From Amoebidium appalachense (lineage: Eukaryota > Protista > Ichthyosporea): a stretch of DNA of 64,000 nucleotides. The stretch covers positions 2,341,979 through 2,405,978 of the forward strand of contig CAVNZM010000007.1 of NCBI GenBank assembly GCA_963693365.1. Reading direction: 5' to 3'. The stretch's first letter is position 1; each line of letters starts with the position of its first letter. Shown piece by piece: positions 54,607 through 64,000 of this stretch. Under the pieces are notes generated by a model. It was not told the origin of the DNA, ran no database searches, and was given only the letters and a program-made list of their open reading frames with translations. A program made the position numbers and the translations under genes.

Positions 54607-54948
54607 ATGAAGCCTACACCCTCCTCACGGAGCGGCCCACGTATTCTCTACCACGACGCCACCGAAGTGCTGCTTCGTCGCCTTATCGATTTGGATAACG
54701 CCCTAAACGTCCCGGGTTTCTCTTTGAGTCTCTGTCCCAACGGGGCTAGGGGGAAAAATTTCGGCTTCATTCCGGGCCACATCCCAGTTGCAAAGACAGG
54801 CCTGCAGCACGTGAAATTGGTCAACCAGATTGCCGCCGGTAAGAAGAAGGAGAAGGAGGGCAACGGAGCCAGGGGGGGCGCCCCCCCTAGGTCCCCGGGC
54901 TGATGTGCGACTTGCCGGGGGTGGGGTCACGGAATTGGTACACCGCTG

Positions 54949-54983
<35 letters not shown>

Positions 54984-55451
54984 ATGTACCCCTGAGGACG
55001 TCAATACGGGTACGGCAGATTCAGGATTGTTTCCTCACGTGTCTAGCGATTTGCTTTCCCTTCCCTTTTTCGATATCCCGCCGTTGCTTGATCAGTGTAG
55101 GTTTATCTCCCCAAGGAGAAGGGGGAGATTCAACAAGAAGTTTTTATTGTTTCAAATGGCTAATCGTTCCATAGCAACTATCACCTTGCATAATGGGCTT
55201 CCTTGCCCGGTAGAGTCTCCTAGGAACAATGTTTGGCAACCAATGCACAACCCCCCTTCCCATTCACACACACACATTTCCACCACAGCTTCTCCCTTTG
55301 GCAGTCATTTTTTTCCCACCCCACCTCCCAATTACACGCACATTTCTCATGCACCCTCGTCAGCACAAACACAGGCCATGAACACTATTTTGTTTTCATG
55401 ATCAGATATGCGCCGCAGGATCAGAAATGTCCCCTTAGCGGCCGTGCCTGA
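54607..55451 (+). CDS. Candidate small two-exon orphan gene (54607-54838, 55375-55451), ~102 aa, unknown function
   Basis: Complex-sequence ORF downstream of the promoter. Donor G|gtaag at 54839 (phase 1) is compatible with acceptor acacag|GC at 55374. No recognisable domain. Confidence 0.3.
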
Positions 55452-55787
55452 GTCTTTCCCATATTTCAATCATACTAAAGCTTTTACACCCATAGTTGCC
55501 GAGCGTATGGCCCTTGCCCCCACGGGGTTTGGAGCCACTGTTCCTCTCTTGACGGTCTTTCCCCCTGACCTCAAGGAGATGTTGGAGACACCTTGCGTGT
55601 TGGTGGTGTCGCAGACGAGTGAGGGTGGCGGTGTTGGCCTGTCGGGTGGGAGTGACCCCACATTATCCACCAAGCCGGCCTGTCACGGAGTCAGCGGGTG
55701 TGGGGGGGTGCCGACGACCGAGGGAACCACTAGAGCCGGGAGAGAGATTGTATAATCAACATTATGTAGTATATATATACATATTTT

Positions 55788-55919
<132 letters not shown>

Positions 55920-56028
55920 AGCGAGGAAGAGAGAGAGAAAGAGAGAGCCTCGGGGGGAAGGGGGTGCCTTTCAAAGAGAGAGAAAGAGATTGCCTCGGGG
56001 GGAAGGGGAGGCCTTTCTCTCTCTCTCT

Positions 56029-56121
<93 letters not shown>

Positions 56122-56290
56122 TCTCCCTCGCTCTCTCTCTCCTTCTCTCTCTCTCTCTCTCTCTTCCCCCTACCCAAACTCTCTCTTGCTCTCCCTGCCT
56201 CTCCCTCTACACCCCCCCTCTTTTTCTCTCTCTCTCAGAGTCTGTGTGTGGTTGTTCACGTGTGTGTGTTTTTGTGTATTGTGTAAATTA

Positions 56291-56333
<43 letters not shown>

Positions 56334-56709
56334 GTGCATGTACCTGTTTGTGCGTGTGTGTGCCTGTGCATATAAGTGTGTGTGTGTGCGCTCGCGTGTG
56401 CGTTTGCCACAAGGGACGAGAGTTTGCTTTTTCTTTTCCGAATTCTTTCTTTCCTAAATTGTTTTTTTTTTTTTTTTGGCAACGTCATCCCTTTTGGCCT
56501 CCGGCGGAGCCCCTAGGGGTTCCCTCATAGCTGACCGTCTTTCACACATTACCGATCGGAACTTAGCTGGGGTGCTAATGGTGCTAATAGCGAAGCAAAC
56601 ACTAGTAAATACATGTTACAAAGCCGTCTGCGTGTCTCGATGTGTGGGTGAGGGGGGGGGGGGGGGGAGGGGGGATGAAGGGGGGAACGAGAGAGGGGGG
56701 GGGGGGGGG

Positions 56710-56804
<95 letters not shown>

Positions 56805-57034
56805 GAGAGATAGAGAGAAGGAAGCACACAGCGCAGTGGCCGGGGGAGTGGGGAGAGAGAAGGGGGGGGGGAGGGGGGGGGGGGGGTAAAGGGGGAGCAT
56901 GATGAGTGGACGAGTATGGGGGGGATGATTCCCGGTGGGAGAGAGGATGGGGGGAAGGGGGGGAGGGGGGGAAGGGGGGCAGTGGGGTAGTCGGCCGGGT
57001 TGAGTGGGCGGATTATTTTTATTTATTTTTTGGT

Positions 57035-57072
<38 letters not shown>

Positions 57073-57474
57073 GCCGGGAGGGGGGGGGGGGGGGTGGGGG
57101 GGGGGGGATGGGTTGCAAATAAACCGACAAGGCTTCACTTGAATAAGGGCTTGCTATATTTAATAAGGGTGGTTGGTGTTGGTGTAGACAAAGCACGGGC
57201 CCAGAGAAAGAGATGGGTAGGTGGCTGAGTGGGTAGTGGTTAGGTAGTGGTTTTGGGCGGGTTGGGGGGGGAGGGGGGGAGGGGGGGGGGGGGGGGGGGG
57301 GGCTGCACTCTTTTTGTGCCACACTATCGGAGAAGGGGGGAGGATGCGGCGGGGGGGGGGGGAAGGGGGGGGGGGGGGGAGGGGGGGAGGGGGAGGGGGA
57401 GGAATCAGACAGGGGCTGCAGGGCCTGTATGTAAGAGAAGCGGGAATGTGGTTGAATGTGCGTGCGTGCGTATG

Positions 57475-57510
<36 letters not shown>

Positions 57511-58556
57511 TACGTGCGTGTGTGTGTGTGTGTGTGCGTGCGTGCTTGCGTGCGTGCGTGCATGCATGCCTTTTTGTGTATGCGTGCGTTCTTGATTGTG
57601 TGCAATGCCATGAATGCATGCCTCTGTGTGCGAGTGCGGGTGCATGCCATTGAGTGTGTATGCGCGTGCGTGTGCATGAGTGTCGGCGCGTGTGAGTGCA
57701 TTTGCATATGCGTATTATACGCGTGCACGTGCGTAAAGTTTGTTTCATAATGCCGCAGTGCTTGTCTATTATATATACATTGACACTACTCCATACATGT
57801 CTACATGCAAGTTCCTTCTATGATCATGGCATGCATGGCCAAGAATAGTTCTTCGTTACACTACTGTACGTGGAAGACTGGATACGTGTACGTGGTGCCG
57901 TTGGGGCAGCTGAAACCCGCGGGGTGTGAGGGTGGACGTGTACGTGTTATTCGATCGCGATCAAGCAGTCCCCCCTATTAGGACCCCCCCCCCCTCCCCC
58001 CCCCCCTCCCCCCCCCCCCCCACACACACACACACACTCCGGGGTCCAAGTCACTTCTTGAATGCTGTGTCTCTGCCGCTTCTATGTGAACTATTAGTAC
58101 CGCAATCCCCTCCCCCCACCCCCCCCCCCCCCCCCCCCCCCCTTTTGCAGCCCCCCCCCCCCCCCCCCCCCCCACCACCACCACCACCACCACCCCACAC
58201 ACACACACACCCACCCACCACCACCACCACGACCACCACCACCACGACCACCACCACCATCACCACCATCTATACAAAACGGTCCACAACTGTCTGCATG
58301 CAGTTGCAATTGGCTGCAGCGGCACCGTGAAAGAATGCCGCCAGGAATTCGAAGCGCGCCTTCACCAGGAAGCTTGCGGGTACACTCGTGACTTGACCTC
58401 AACCTTGTCATTTATCAGCAATATAAAAAACTGAGGGTAGCATTATTGTGCCAAACGCACACGCAAGCACACAAGTGGACTACCAGCTCGTACCGGGCGC
58501 GCTCAAGTGCTTCCTATAGTAGGTTTTGCCACGTTTTCACGCGTCCACAACTAAAT

Positions 58557-61623
<3,067 letters not shown>

Positions 61624-62237
61624 AATTAACGGACCGTTAAAATTAATAAACCGAATGCCACTTGGTGGAACAGGTTCCTTGCATTAGCATAATAAGTGTT
61701 TGTGCGACTTGGTGTTGCGTGGGACTACTACTAGTTGTAGCTTTAAATATTTGGTTTATCAGGCAGGCTGAATTTAATGCCGAGAAACAACTGTATGAAT
61801 ATCAGTATAGGACTGGGTCACTAGACAACACTAACTACAGCTATCTAAAATGGTTAGAGCCAGAATTATTCGTTTGGTCACAAGTTGTGCAAGATTAGAA
61901 ACCATTCTTATGCTACTGCATAAGAAATACAGCGCATTACTGCCATCCAAAAACCTAACACCATACCGGTGCTATTTAAAATTAAAAAAAAAAAAAAAAA
62001 AAAAATCCCTGTGATATTTCGCTGACGGACTTGCTGGTTGTCGTGGTCAAACCACAGCAGTAGGCTTTATACCGACAACGACAAAAAATAAAACCAGGAA
62101 TAATAAGAAAACTTAAGAATTAACAAAACCTACGAATTCACAACCTAAAATAAATAAGACCTAGTCTCCAAGGCTATGCACCTACTGGCTTACATAAGTG
62201 GCCGGGCACTACTACGCCGCGGGGCGGCAACATTATA

Positions 62238-62276
<39 letters not shown>

Positions 62277-62608
62277 CCGTCCGCAGGGAAGACAGCACTC
62301 AGAGCGACTAAAATAAACCCAAGGACGTGGGCCTGTTTGCGCCTCGACATGAAACATATTTCCAATTCAAAACCCAAAATGTCTCCAGCTCCCCGACTTT
62401 TACCCCATTTGAGCTCTGAGCCTGCCACACACGGCCCTTTACCCTAATCTCACCTGCATGACCCCATCCCCACCCCCCCCCCCCCCCCCCCCCCCTCCCC
62501 CCTCCCCCTCCATCCACCCTCTCCACCTTCGCCGCCTCCGCGCTCCCTCCCTGGCACTTCCTCCCTCCCTCCGCCTCCCCTCTCCTCTCCCTCACTCCCC
62601 CCCCGCCC

Positions 62609-62639
<31 letters not shown>

Positions 62640-62841
62640 CCCCCTCTTTGCACATCAGTATCTGCATAACAAATACTGTACACTCTAGGCTGGTAACACA
62701 AACCACTTCATCTACGTTGTATCCTGAAGCGATTCTAACCCCCTCGCTCCCCTTTACCCCTGCCCTCGGCCCCCTCCCCCCTCCTCCCCCCTCCCCTCCC
62801 CCCCCCCCCCCCCTCCCCCCCCCTCTCCCCCCCCCCTCCCC

Positions 62842-62888
<47 letters not shown>

Positions 62889-63619
62889 CCGGGGACCTAA
62901 CACACACATGTACAAGATGCAAGACGGTAAAGTTCACATATCATTTTGCTCATGCTCGCCTCCAAATTTTCCCTTCCCAAGTACTCCCCCCCCCCCCCCC
63001 CCCCCCCGCCACCCCCCCCCTCCCACCCCCCCCCCCCCCCCCCCACCTCCGCTCCCCTCCCCTTCCTGGCCCCTTCCCCGCCCCCCCCCCCCCCCCCCCC
63101 CCCCCCCCGCCGGCAGCCTCCCTCCCCCTCCTCCCCCCCCCCCCCCCCCCCCGGCCCGCCCCGCCCCCACCCCACCCCTGGCAACCCCGCCCCCTGCCCC
63201 TATCCCCCCCTCTCTCTTAACGACATCACTGTGATTCTGACATATTGTACAGTTTGCTCCATGCGTATCAGCACATACTGTGATATGTATAAACACACAA
63301 AAGCACACACATTTCAGTGTACACCCATGAACACATTATTACTGACAGCGAGACACACATAGCAGACTAGGTGCACACATTTACTAACAGCCCATTCATA
63401 GCAGTGCGCACGCATGAGAACCCATGGGTATACGCACGGCCCATTCCAGCACGCATGGACACTGTGGCGGCTATGAGCATCACATACCAACACGATGACA
63501 CGAATACTGTCAAATCATCATGATTTAGACACACGTGCCCCCCCCCCCCCCCCCCCTCCCCCCCACATGCACACACACAAAAAAGACCCTCAGCTCACCC
63601 CCACCCCAGAAGTTAGTTA

Positions 63620-63680
63620 CCAGAGAAACGCGGGGATGGGAGACTCTGAACCAGAGAAACGCGGGGATGGGAGACTCTGA
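63620..63680. repeat. 32-bp direct tandem duplication
   Basis: CCAGAGAAACGCGGGGATGGGAGACTCTGA occurs twice. Confidence 0.9.
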
Positions 63681-63855
63681 GGGACGGGATAAGTGATGGT
63701 CGCAAACTTGTTCATGTGGGGGATGTCACGGCCTGTGTGTGTGTGTGTGTGTGCGTGCGTGTGCGTGCGTGTGTGCGTGCGTGCGTGTGTGCGTGCGTGC
63801 GTTCGTGCATGCGTGTGTGTATGTGTGTGTGTGTGTGTGTGCTTCTGTGTGTGTG

Positions 63856-63927
<72 letters not shown>

Positions 63928-63933
63928 GTGCTT

Positions 63934-63964
<31 letters not shown>

Positions 63965-64000
63965 CTCTTGTGCGTGTGTGTGTGTGTGTGTTCTTGTGCG

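Overview
Eukaryotic genomic DNA with GT-AG introns, densely packed with (CA)n/(GT)n/(CT)n microsatellites and poly-C/poly-G runs. Most ORFs in the track are low-complexity artefacts. Supportable genes: (1) a two-exon secreted, probably GPI-anchored S1/P1-family nuclease (921-3265 +); (2) an 18-exon Pif1-family DNA helicase (6312-31011 +, about 1187 aa by my splice reconstruction) with an acidic N-terminus and an unusual C-terminal RFC1/LigA-type BRCT domain; (3) three intronless paralogues encoding secreted ricin-B-lectin + FN3-like proteins that share a CCAAT/TATA promoter; (4) a four-exon Cys-containing GPI-type surface-protein gene with two apparent frameshifts (58557-61623 +) and a decayed paralogue (45964-47534). 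The most unusual signal is a roughly 7-copy, 436-bp tandem array in a Pif1 intron. Its ~160-nt core folds on the + strand into a multi-stem, pseudoknotted RNA, and a diverged copy in another intron keeps the pairings through compensatory substitutions. It is a candidate undescribed structured ncRNA or ribozyme-bearing mobile element. The BRCT exons are also bracketed by a ~0.45-0.5 kb inverted repeat pair. All calls come from manual reading; no database searches or folding programs were run.
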